32,000 nt of DNA, taken from NCBI GenBank assembly GCA_000091165.1, contig FP565575.1, positions 1,710,001 to 1,742,000 on the forward strand, in the 5' to 3' direction. Of this stretch, positions 25,021-31,928 are shown in pieces. The position numbers were made by a program, and so were the translations under genes. This DNA comes from Candidatus Methylomirabilis oxygeniifera. Its GTDB lineage: Bacteria > Methylomirabilota > Methylomirabilia > Methylomirabilales > Methylomirabilaceae. Positions within the stretch are counted from its first letter, which is position 1; the number at the start of each line of letters is the position of its first letter. The notes beneath the pieces are model-generated. The model did not search any database and was not told where the DNA came from. It saw nothing but the letters and a program-made list of their open reading frames with translations.

Positions 25021-25832
25021 TCGACATGATGCCGCGGCCCTCACGGGGCGACACTCCACGCGATCGACTTGTCCTGTCTGTCCCGCCGCCTGGCGGTTTC
25101 GGATCGCCGGTCGTCCGCACGACGGCGGCCACGCGGGATATAATTCTGCAACTCGAAGATACGATTATCCGGACAGCCAAGCCCTGGAATCGAGAGGACG
25201 TTTTGATCCACCATACAAGCATGACCGCTTACACCATGCTTGCGGTTTTTCACCTGGGCATCCGCCCGCGCAACACGCCGCATATAGGTGGAGCGGACTT
25301 GACCGGCGCCACCGCCCACTGGGTAATACAAGACAAGAGCAGCAAGATCTACTTTGAAGAGCGTCTCCTGTATGTCCCACCAGTCGTTGTCCACCTAGTC
25401 CAACAACTCGGGACGTTTCGAGGGCGGCTGGAGCGTGAGATTCTGAATCACCTCGGCTCTTCTGCCATCGCCCGACTGCCGGCAGATCCCTTATTCTTTT
25501 TCGATACAACTGGGTCGGTAGTCCCGTTTTCTTTGAAGGCATTCTGGGCGGCGCTTTGTGCGTTACCTATCGGGTTCCCGGCCGACACGCCGAGAAACTT
25601 CGGCCGCCACTGGCTTCGCACCCGACTCGCCGAAGACGGCGTCGCGGATGACCTGATGAACATGTGGTTTGGTCACACCGCGGCCGGTCGCGAACCGCTC
25701 GCCAATCACGCCAGTACGTGTTACGGACCCGCCCTGGCTCAACTCAGAGACAGAATTGCCGAATATTTACGAGAACTCGGCTTCAAGCATCTTGAATATT
25801 TCCGCCCCACAACAAGGAGGAGGTTCCTATGA
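25017..25832 (+). CDS. Module gene 3: short tyrosine recombinase (essentially catalytic domain only)
   Basis: 271 aa from the ATG at 25017, which overlaps the gene 2 stop (ATGA). HLGIRPRNTPHIGGADL (Arg-I), IQDKSSKIYFEERLLYVPP (Lys strand), NFGRHWLRTRL (N-x-x-R-H in place of H-x-x-R-H), FGHTAAGREPLANHASTCY (His-III, Tyr). Confidence 0.7.
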   Translation: MIDMMPRPSRGDTPRDRLVLSVPPPGGFGSPVVRTTAATRDIILQLEDTIIRTAKPWNREDVLIHHTSMTAYTMLAVFHLGIRPRNTPHIGGADLTGATAHWVIQDKSSKIYFEERLLYVPPVVVHLVQQLGTFRGRLEREILNHLGSSAIARLPADPLFFFDTTGSVVPFSLKAFWAALCALPIGFPADTPRNFGRHWLRTRLAEDGVADDLMNMWFGHTAAGREPLANHASTCYGPALAQLRDRIAEYLRELGFKHLEYFRPTTRRRFL

Positions 25833-28132
25833 CGACCCCCGCCACCATGGATGATGCAATCAGTGATCTCGCCGCTCGCATGGATCGAAGGAGCCGCCAT
25901 GGCGAATCGATCGCCAAGGCTTGGTGGCGCATAAGGCTGCGAATCTTGGCAATACCGATCGGTTCCGACGGTATGCGACACCTGGCAGACGATGATGTCC
26001 GGGCCCTCTCCGCGCGCTTAAGTAAGCCGGATGACCCCCGAGTTCATCGTATTGAGCAAGACAAGCGTCTCAACGATATCCTGGCCGAACTCCAGCTCCA
26101 CAAGTTCCTGAAAAGCCCATTTATGAATCATCCGGTCCAGGTTCCTCGGCATCTCCTCCTCACCCTCGACGACCTCGACCCCGCAATGATCGAACGCGCT
26201 CAGAATTTCCGTCAACGCCTTCACGGCCGCTCGATGTTGCGACCTCCCGCAACTTGGCCGAAAAATGAGGAGGCGCTCTGGCACTTCTGTGTCTTCCTTG
26301 CCTCCCTCATCCTTGATACCGGCGTCCTCTTCCCGCAGATCCTCGGTGTTGTCCTCCATCTTGTCCATGAAGACTTCACCCCTGCGGGAACAATTAACCT
26401 TCCGCGCCGACGTCAGCGACGCGGCAAGCGTCCCATCGAAGCCACCGTCCGCCGAAGGCTCCACCCGGTGACAGTGCGGGCCTATACACGCTTCCAGCAT
26501 GCGCGTAGCCCCTTCCGTAAGGTGGGTGCCCCTTCAAAGACCGCTTTCGTGTGTCCTGACGAGTGGCGAACCCCAGAATGGATGCGTCAGGTCTTCCCGT
26601 CCCGATTGTGCGCCTTTCTCAACGCGTGTGACGCCCCCACAAAGCCCTTCAGCCCACGGCACCCCTTGAGGCAGCTCATGCGCTACGGCGCCGTGACGGC
26701 CGTCTTACGTGGCATCCCACCGTTTATCATTGATACCGCCATTGGGAATGTTCTCACGAGACTCGTCACCCCCAACAGCTACCGACGTATCTTTGAGAAC
26801 AAGCCACCGGCATGGATTCTCAACGCAGCCAAGGCCCCTGGCCCCGCTCGCCGTGGGCGAATCTCCGCTCGGACACGTATTCAGGGCACGGGCCTTGAAC
26901 TCTTCGAGAAGCTTGAGGCGCTCCGCTCTCGCCTGCGCCACAGTGAGGACAGTCGGAAAGCGCGGGATGCGTTTATTGATGAGATCACATCCCTCATTGG
27001 ATCCACTCCATTCCAGCCGATTCCAGGCCCGCTGACCCAAAAGGCGATCTTTGAAGCGAACGCCAGGATGTTCGGAGGCTTCATCGCGTTTCTTCTCCGA
27101 AGCAAAATTAAGATCAGTTCGGTGCTCACCCGGACCTCGGCCATCGCCGCCGCCTTCCCCGATCTCTTCGGCTCCAAGACTCTGTGGGCTTGGTCGGCCA
27201 GCGATTATACGAAGGCGTTACATTTCGGGATGGAGGAGCACGAAACTGATCACTTTCGCATCGCACTGAAGTGGCTCGTAGCTTTCCTGCATGACTTAGG
27301 GATTTCTACCCCGCGGATCTCCTGGTGCGATGACAATCTGCAGGAACCGCTCATCGTCACGCCTGCTCCGTTGGTGGGATTTAATGACTTCGACCGGGCC
27401 TTCGACACCTGCTTCATGCTCGACACCATCCCCGACGAACTGCGAGAGCTTCTTCAGATCATGCTCATCTTGGGTTTCTGGGTCGGCCTCCGCGCCAAAG
27501 AGGCATCCCTCCTGACTCTCCGCCATTACCATCCACATCCATTCCATCTGATTGAAGTGCGACACTCTAAGTTCCCGACCAGCACCAGGGATATGTACCT
27601 CCAATACATCGTCGCGCTGCCGTACCTCATGCGCCTCAACGCGTGGTACGCCAAACGTCTGGACGAGGCGAACGGCAATCTCGATGCGCCCCTTTTGGGA
27701 ACCGGCCGGAAGATGCGCTCTGCCTCCAAGAATCCGTTAGGCTTTTATGATTCCAGCTACCTCTCGGGACTGGCCGGCCTCGTCCTCCGATGCTCCATCG
27801 GCGAGCCGATATCGTTTCATGGCCTGCGTCATGCATTTGCGTCCTGGCTCCTCTTACGACTCCTCGCGACGGATCGTCGGATCACTGTCAAGCGCTCAAT
27901 ATACCCATGGGCGTCGCCGCTCGCATTTTCATCGGAGGCCTACGATTGCCTACGGCCGCTGCTGCATGGATTCGGTACGCCAAAACCCGGCCAATCGGAA
28001 TGCTCACACATCCTCATGGCGCTCTGCCGGTTGGTCGGTCATGCCAATCCGACGACAACGCTGGAAGAGTACTGTCACACCGTTGACGTGGCCCACGCGC
28101 TCATCGAGAGCCACTTGAGGGGTCGCGGTTGA
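25829..28132 (+). CDS. Module gene 4: giant tyrosine recombinase with complete catalytic signature
   Basis: 767 aa. SD AAGGAGGAGG lies 6 nt upstream of the ATG, which overlaps the gene 3 stop (ATGA). GLRAKEASLLTL (R555), FHGLRHAFASW (H664, R667, H668), LVGHANPTTTLEEYCH (H738, Y748). SAM-like core-binding-type helix FRIALKWLVAFLHDLGI at ~aa 476-492. The first ~430 aa are unassigned. Confidence 0.8.
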   Translation: MTTPATMDDAISDLAARMDRRSRHGESIAKAWWRIRLRILAIPIGSDGMRHLADDDVRALSARLSKPDDPRVHRIEQDKRLNDILAELQLHKFLKSPFMNHPVQVPRHLLLTLDDLDPAMIERAQNFRQRLHGRSMLRPPATWPKNEEALWHFCVFLASLILDTGVLFPQILGVVLHLVHEDFTPAGTINLPRRRQRRGKRPIEATVRRRLHPVTVRAYTRFQHARSPFRKVGAPSKTAFVCPDEWRTPEWMRQVFPSRLCAFLNACDAPTKPFSPRHPLRQLMRYGAVTAVLRGIPPFIIDTAIGNVLTRLVTPNSYRRIFENKPPAWILNAAKAPGPARRGRISARTRIQGTGLELFEKLEALRSRLRHSEDSRKARDAFIDEITSLIGSTPFQPIPGPLTQKAIFEANARMFGGFIAFLLRSKIKISSVLTRTSAIAAAFPDLFGSKTLWAWSASDYTKALHFGMEEHETDHFRIALKWLVAFLHDLGISTPRISWCDDNLQEPLIVTPAPLVGFNDFDRAFDTCFMLDTIPDELRELLQIMLILGFWVGLRAKEASLLTLRHYHPHPFHLIEVRHSKFPTSTRDMYLQYIVALPYLMRLNAWYAKRLDEANGNLDAPLLGTGRKMRSASKNPLGFYDSSYLSGLAGLVLRCSIGEPISFHGLRHAFASWLLLRLLATDRRITVKRSIYPWASPLAFSSEAYDCLRPLLHGFGTPKPGQSECSHILMALCRLVGHANPTTTLEEYCHTVDVAHALIESHLRGRG

Positions 28133-28390
28133 TCTTCGCCAGCCATCCTCTGGCATCTTGGGAGAGCGGTTGGGTAACGGCAACATGAGCCGCCAGCACT
28201 TGCCCTGTCGTCTCCATCACGACAGTGAAGAAGTTTCTTGCGAACTGCTGAAGAACACCATAGAATCCGCCCTAGACTCTATCCGAACACTCCCCTGTTC
28301 ACACGAGGGACGTAAGGCTGGTGATCTTGCCCGACATCGCGTAAGATTGCCTTATCTCGTTCGCACGATGAAGGGTAGGTCGAGATAACG

Positions 28391-28681
28391 ATGCCGGATA
28401 CTGGGAGTACAGGTCATCGACAGCGGTTGCGGGATCGCTTCGCGAGTGGCGATCAAAGCTTTCGCTCAGAGGGATCCCTGCTTGAGCTTCTGCTGACCTA
28501 TACGATTCCGCAAAAGGACGTACGGCCGCTCGCCAAGCACCTGCTCTCGGAATATGGCAGCCTCTCCTCCCTGCGGGCTACGCTCCATTGCAGCGCCGAA
28601 CAGACCCGGCATCGCTACGCTCACGACTTCCTACACACGAACCTGATGGCCAAACATTCTCTCGGGGAGATTTGGGAATGA
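28391..28681 (+). pseudogene. RadC-like N-terminal fragment (no JAB/MPN domain)
   Basis: GHRQRLRDRFASGDQSFRSEGSLLELLLTYTIPQKDVRPLAKHLLSEYGSLSSL matches the conserved RadC N-terminus. Similarity is lost after ~60 aa and the ORF ends at 96 aa (full RadC is ~220 aa). Its stop overlaps the next ATG (ATGA at 28678-28681). Confidence 0.55.
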
Positions 28682-28998
28682 ATGACAACAGAGAAAAAGC
28701 AGCACCCCGCACCACTACTGAAACCATAGTGCGACGAATAGCCGACATGCAAGAGGAGCTGCGGGAGCGGTTTACCGTAATCCGCATCGGTGTCTTTGGA
28801 TCTTTCGCCAGAGGGAGTCAAACTCCGGCAAGCGATGTGGATATCATCGTGGAGTTGGCCGAACCGACCTTCGATCACTACATGGATCTCAAATTCAGAT
28901 TGGAAGATGTCCTGGGCCGCCCGGTAGACTTAGTGATCGCGGACACCGTAAAACCTCGCCTGAAACCGATTATTGCGCAAGCAGTGGTCTATGCCTAG
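28678..28998 (+). CDS. MNT-type nucleotidyltransferase antitoxin (MntA-like)
   Basis: GVFGSFARGSQTPASDVDIIVEL is the GSxxRG...DxD minimal nucleotidyltransferase motif. 106 aa. Its stop overlaps the start of the HEPN gene. Confidence 0.85.
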   Translation: MNDNREKAAPRTTTETIVRRIADMQEELRERFTVIRIGVFGSFARGSQTPASDVDIIVELAEPTFDHYMDLKFRLEDVLGRPVDLVIADTVKPRLKPIIAQAVVYA

Positions 28999-29353
28999 AG
29001 ATTTTCGTCTTTATCTGGATGACATCCTGGAAGCGATATCTCAGATCAGAGCATACACCGAATCCATGGATTATGACGCATTCATGCGGGACCGTAAGAC
29101 GCAGGATGCCGTAGTGCGCAACCTCGAGGTCATCGGCGAGGCGGCCGGATGTCTGCCGGAATCTATCCAGACAGGCGCTGGAGATATTGAATGGCGGAAA
29201 ATCGTGGGGATGCGCAATATCCTGGCGCATGAGTATTTTGGTGTGAGCCTTCCCATAGTCTGGGATATCGTGCAAAACAAGTTGAGCCCGCTCGATGCTG
29301 CCTGCCGAAAACTGCTTGAGAGTGATTCGACCCCTTCAAAGGAACAGGAATAA
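28991..29353 (+). CDS. HEPN-domain (DUF86) toxin (HepT-like)
   Basis: 120 aa starting MPRDFRLYLDDILEAI. Rx4H motif RNILAHEY. Overlaps the MNT stop (ATGCCTAG). Confidence 0.85.
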   Translation: MPRDFRLYLDDILEAISQIRAYTESMDYDAFMRDRKTQDAVVRNLEVIGEAAGCLPESIQTGAGDIEWRKIVGMRNILAHEYFGVSLPIVWDIVQNKLSPLDAACRKLLESDSTPSKEQE

Positions 29354-29999
29354 AGCTATCGGGCGTCAGAAAGGGTATTCCGATCGCGAAACCCAGCGAA
29401 CACCGCAGACAGAAGGCGCTCGCACGGCAGAAAGCCAAGCGGAAGCACGCAAAGGGAACGGAAAGGGCCTCGTGCCGGCCTCGCACGCTCCAATCGATCA
29501 GTGCAAGATCCCGACGCGTCTGTTCGAACTCGGCATTGGAAATGTCGTGATCTCACGCCGACACCCCTCTGGTCAGATCAGCCTGGCGATCTTTCTCCTA
29601 GACGTGTATTGCCTGGGCGTCAAGGATGTGTTCCATCGTCTAGTTGATCCGAGTCAATACGCGAACATCATGGCAGGGTTGGCACGCGACAGTCCGCTTG
29701 AAGACATCGATCTCACGTGCGCGCGGAAACTGATCGAGGGGGCCGTCGAGTATGCGCGGCAATTTCAGTTGACACCCCACCCGGATTACAAGACGGCCCG
29801 GACGATCCTCGGCGAGGTCGATGCCGCAGCCTGTCCGCGTGACTTTGAGTATGGTCGTGACGGTAAGCCGTTCTATGTGGCAGGACCGAATGACTCTCCC
29901 GCGACGTCTCGTCGCATCCTCTCTCTCCTGGAACAGCAGTGCGGGCCTGACGGCTTCCACTACATGATCCCGACTGATCTGTCGCCTGAAGGCGTATGA
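29295..29999 (+). CDS. Hypothetical protein (start uncertain)
   Basis: Long ORF with normal, non-biased composition in its C-terminal ~175 aa. The ATG at 29295 overlaps the HEPN gene by 59 nt. A GTG at 29472 preceded by GGAAAGGG is an alternative start. No family recognised. Confidence 0.5.
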   Translation: MLPAENCLRVIRPLQRNRNKAIGRQKGYSDRETQRTPQTEGARTAESQAEARKGNGKGLVPASHAPIDQCKIPTRLFELGIGNVVISRRHPSGQISLAIFLLDVYCLGVKDVFHRLVDPSQYANIMAGLARDSPLEDIDLTCARKLIEGAVEYARQFQLTPHPDYKTARTILGEVDAAACPRDFEYGRDGKPFYVAGPNDSPATSRRILSLLEQQCGPDGFHYMIPTDLSPEGV

Positions 30000-30197
30000 A
30001 CCAGGAACACGCACATAGTATCCTCCGTCACTGAATGATAGGGCGAGACCCGGAAGCGATTTATGTGGTACGCTCAAACGATGAGGAAGGCGAGGGGGGT
30101 GAAATCAGATGCTCCTTCCTATCCCCCGCAAAAGGGGTGCTATATCATGCTCTCCGACAGGAAACGGAGTATCATGTCGAGACATGGAGGGAAGGTC

Positions 30198-30347
30198 ATG
30201 AGATTGATGGTGGAACAACAGACATATCCGTACATCACGACGAATCGGAGAATCGCGGGGGGCTCCCCCATCATCAAGGGGACCCGCATCACCGTCCGTA
30301 CTATCGCCGGCTACTACCAGATGGGAATGACTGTCGACGAGATATGA
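30198..30347 (+). pseudogene. DUF433-family gene, N-terminal part (cut off by IS insertion)
   Basis: GGAGG lies 6 nt upstream of the ATG. YPYITTNRRIAGGSPIIKGTRITVRTIAGYYQMGMTVDEI matches the DUF433 core (IT.dp....G.P.I.GTRI.V..I......G.s..EI). It ends at a TGA that is part of the IS junction. Confidence 0.6.
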
Positions 30348-30378
30348 CTGTCAAGACCCCCATTTTCTGTACCAGGTG

Positions 30379-31284
30379 CTATGAGAGTATCGGTTCCAGT
30401 TGGATGTTCAACTCGTCCTCCCAATGGTGGAGATCGGACGCTGTCGTGTCATCGAGCACAGAGGTAACTGGATGAGGCTGACGCCATGCGTGCTCGGTCG
30501 CAAACTCTGCCGGGGTGCGATAGCCCAGAGCACTGTGCGGCCGCTCGTGGTTGTAGCTCAGGCGGTACTGTTCGACGAGCACCTGCGCCTCGGTCACACT
30601 CGAGAAGCTCTCTCGGTTCAAGAGCTCGTCCTCGAAGCGGCTATTGAACGACTCACTGTACGCGTTCTCCCAGGGGCTTCCGGGTTCGATGTAGAGGGTC
30701 TGAACCCTCGAGAGGGCCAACCACTCCTTGACGGCGGTCGCGACGAACTCGGGTCCGTTATCGGAGCGGAGGTACGTCGGCTCGCCATGTACCCGGAACA
30801 GCGAGGCCAGCAGTTCGACCACATCCTCGGCCCGGATGCTGCGGGCTACCAGGATTGCGTGCGCCTCTCGAGTAAACTCGTCCAACACCGGCAACAGCTT
30901 CAGCCGTCGCCCGTCTTCCGTCTGATCCATCAGGAAATCGTAGCTCCAGACATGGTTCTTGTGCTCGGCACGCCGGCGTCGACAGCCCTGGTCGCTGCTG
31001 CCCAGGCGCTGCCGTTTCCGTTGCGCCTGCGGCACGCGAAGCCCCCCTTGTCGCCAGAGTCGCTGCACCCGTTTCCGATTCACGCGCCACCCTTCCCGCT
31101 GCAAGAGCGCCCAGACCCGCCGATACCCGTAGCGCGGATGACGTCGCGACAGCATGACGAGCCGCTCGCTCAAGGCCTGGTCCCGCTCCCGCTTGCGTCC
31201 CACAAACCGCTGGCTCGACCGCGGCTGGCCAAGCACCCGGCATGCCCGACGCTCGGCGACGCCCAGCCGCTGCCGCACATGCAC
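30379..31284 (-). CDS. IS3-family transposase OrfB (DDE / rve integrase domain); probably made as an OrfAB fusion
   Basis: HPRYGYRRVWALLQREGWRVNRKRVQRLWR, WSYDF, LRSDNGPEF and SPWENAYSESFN are typical IS3 OrfB motifs. The frame stays open upstream of the listed GTG start (GKLLSPTRRRAAVVHV...) back to the slippery site. Confidence 0.85.
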   Translation of the reverse strand: MHVRQRLGVAERRACRVLGQPRSSQRFVGRKRERDQALSERLVMLSRRHPRYGYRRVWALLQREGWRVNRKRVQRLWRQGGLRVPQAQRKRQRLGSSDQGCRRRRAEHKNHVWSYDFLMDQTEDGRRLKLLPVLDEFTREAHAILVARSIRAEDVVELLASLFRVHGEPTYLRSDNGPEFVATAVKEWLALSRVQTLYIEPGSPWENAYSESFNSRFEDELLNRESFSSVTEAQVLVEQYRLSYNHERPHSALGYRTPAEFATEHAWRQPHPVTSVLDDTTASDLHHWEDELNIQLEPILS

Positions 31285-31310
31285 GACAGCGGCCCGCCTC
31301 CGGGTCGGGC

Positions 31311-31589
31311 TCAGAAGTTTCCCTTCGTCACCTCGCGCAGGATACTGAGGTCGACCGCCTGCTCAGCGACGATCTTCTTCAAGCGCGCATTCTCTTTTTC
31401 GAGCGCCTTCAGCCGCCTCGCCTGGCCCGCCTGCATGCCCCCGTACTGGGCGCGCCAGCGATGGAAGGTGTTCTCGCTGATCCCTAAGGTCTTGCTCACA
31501 TCGGCGACGGTGGCGCCTGTGGCCAGGTGGGCGTCTGCGTCGCGCAGCTTCCGGATGATCTGCTCCGGGGTGTGTCGCTTCCGTTTCAT
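31311..31589 (-). CDS. IS3-family transposase OrfA (HTH)
   Basis: MKRKRHTPEQIIRKLRDADAHLATGATVADVSKTLGISENTFHRWRAQYGGM...LKALEKENARLKKIVAEQ is the classic IS3 OrfA: HTH plus leucine zipper. Confidence 0.85.
   Translation of the reverse strand: MKRKRHTPEQIIRKLRDADAHLATGATVADVSKTLGISENTFHRWRAQYGGMQAGQARRLKALEKENARLKKIVAEQAVDLSILREVTKGNF
31317..31323 (-). other. Candidate programmed -1 ribosomal frameshift heptamer G GGA AAC joining orfA and orfB
   Basis: On the minus strand, ACG AAG GGA AAC TTC TGA. Slipping -1 on G_GGA_AAC gives GKLLSPTRRR..., continuous with OrfB. This fits the X XXY YYZ pattern. Confidence 0.5.
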
Positions 31590-31660
31590 GGAGAGTCCTC
31601 CTGCCCGTGTGGGCGGTTGAGACTCCCATAATACCTGGATCTATTTTAGGGGGTCAGGTC

Positions 31661-31843
31661 ATGACCACCCTACAACACCTGTCGCCGTCACAGGTCCATT
31701 CAGCGTTAGCTTACTATTTCGACCATCAGAAGGAGATCGATCGCGAACTGGAGATCTCGTCTGATGTCAAACGGTGGAAACAACAGGTCGTTCCGCATCC
31801 CAGAGCGGCGACCACGCAGCAGCCAGCTCAACAGACTGCTTGA
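31661..31843 (+). pseudogene. DUF433-family gene, C-terminal part (downstream of IS)
   Basis: MTTLQHLSPSQVHSALAYYFDHQKEIDRELE matches the DUF433 C-terminal helix pattern (yP.Lt.e.i.aALaYy..h..Ei). Confidence 0.55.
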
Positions 31844-31928
31844 TCCCACCACCCACTCCGTTACGTTAGAGACACTGACCCGCGCGGCCCACGCCGTCGA
31901 ACGTCGGGTGAAGCTGGAACTGGTTTAG
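31764..31928 (+). pseudogene. Remnant of an XRE/HTH-type antitoxin-like gene (C-terminal ~45 aa)
   Basis: A 54-codon ORF below the track cutoff. ...RSSQLNRLLDPTTHSVTLETLTRAAHAVERRVKLELV resembles the helix-3 and C-terminal tail of XRE-family antitoxins. The N-terminal helices are missing and the ORF overlaps the DUF433 tail in another frame. Confidence 0.3.

Larger units (their letters stand above)
30349..31661 (-). mobile_element. IS3-family insertion sequence (~1.3 kb) with orfA/orfB, TG...CA ends and a putative 4-bp TGAC target duplication
   Basis: orfA + orfB on the minus strand. Imperfect terminal inverted repeats share the blocks TG, GACCCCC, CCAGGT and TATGxGAGTxTC. TGAC is present at 30345-30348 and 31662-31665. 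Boundaries are good to about +/-5 bp. Confidence 0.8.

Noticed and set aside
28158-28388. A 76-aa ORF between module gene 4 and the RadC fragment.
   Set aside because: It has no recognisable motif, no clear SD and mixed composition. I cannot support it as a gene. The region also holds two short hairpins (CTGTCGT/ACGACAG at ~28205-28225; TTATCTCG/CGAGATAA at 28352-28388) with no T-tract, so these were not called terminators either.
22100-28390. Terminal inverted repeats flanking the four-gene module, as in RIT elements, or a direct repeat of the tRNA 3' end marking attR.
   Set aside because: I compared 22100-22408 by eye with the reverse complement of 28133-28390 and looked for the tRNA 3' segment downstream. 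I found nothing beyond 5-7 nt chance matches. A proper local alignment is needed, so absence is not proven.
30400-31620. A 406-aa plus-strand ORF spanning the IS element, and the 30035-30475 ORF crossing the IS boundary.
   Set aside because: The first is antisense to the IS3 orfA/orfB genes, which carry clear transposase motifs. It has low-complexity, Pro/Arg-rich translation. The second runs from unique DNA into the IS terminal repeat and so cannot be an ancestral gene.
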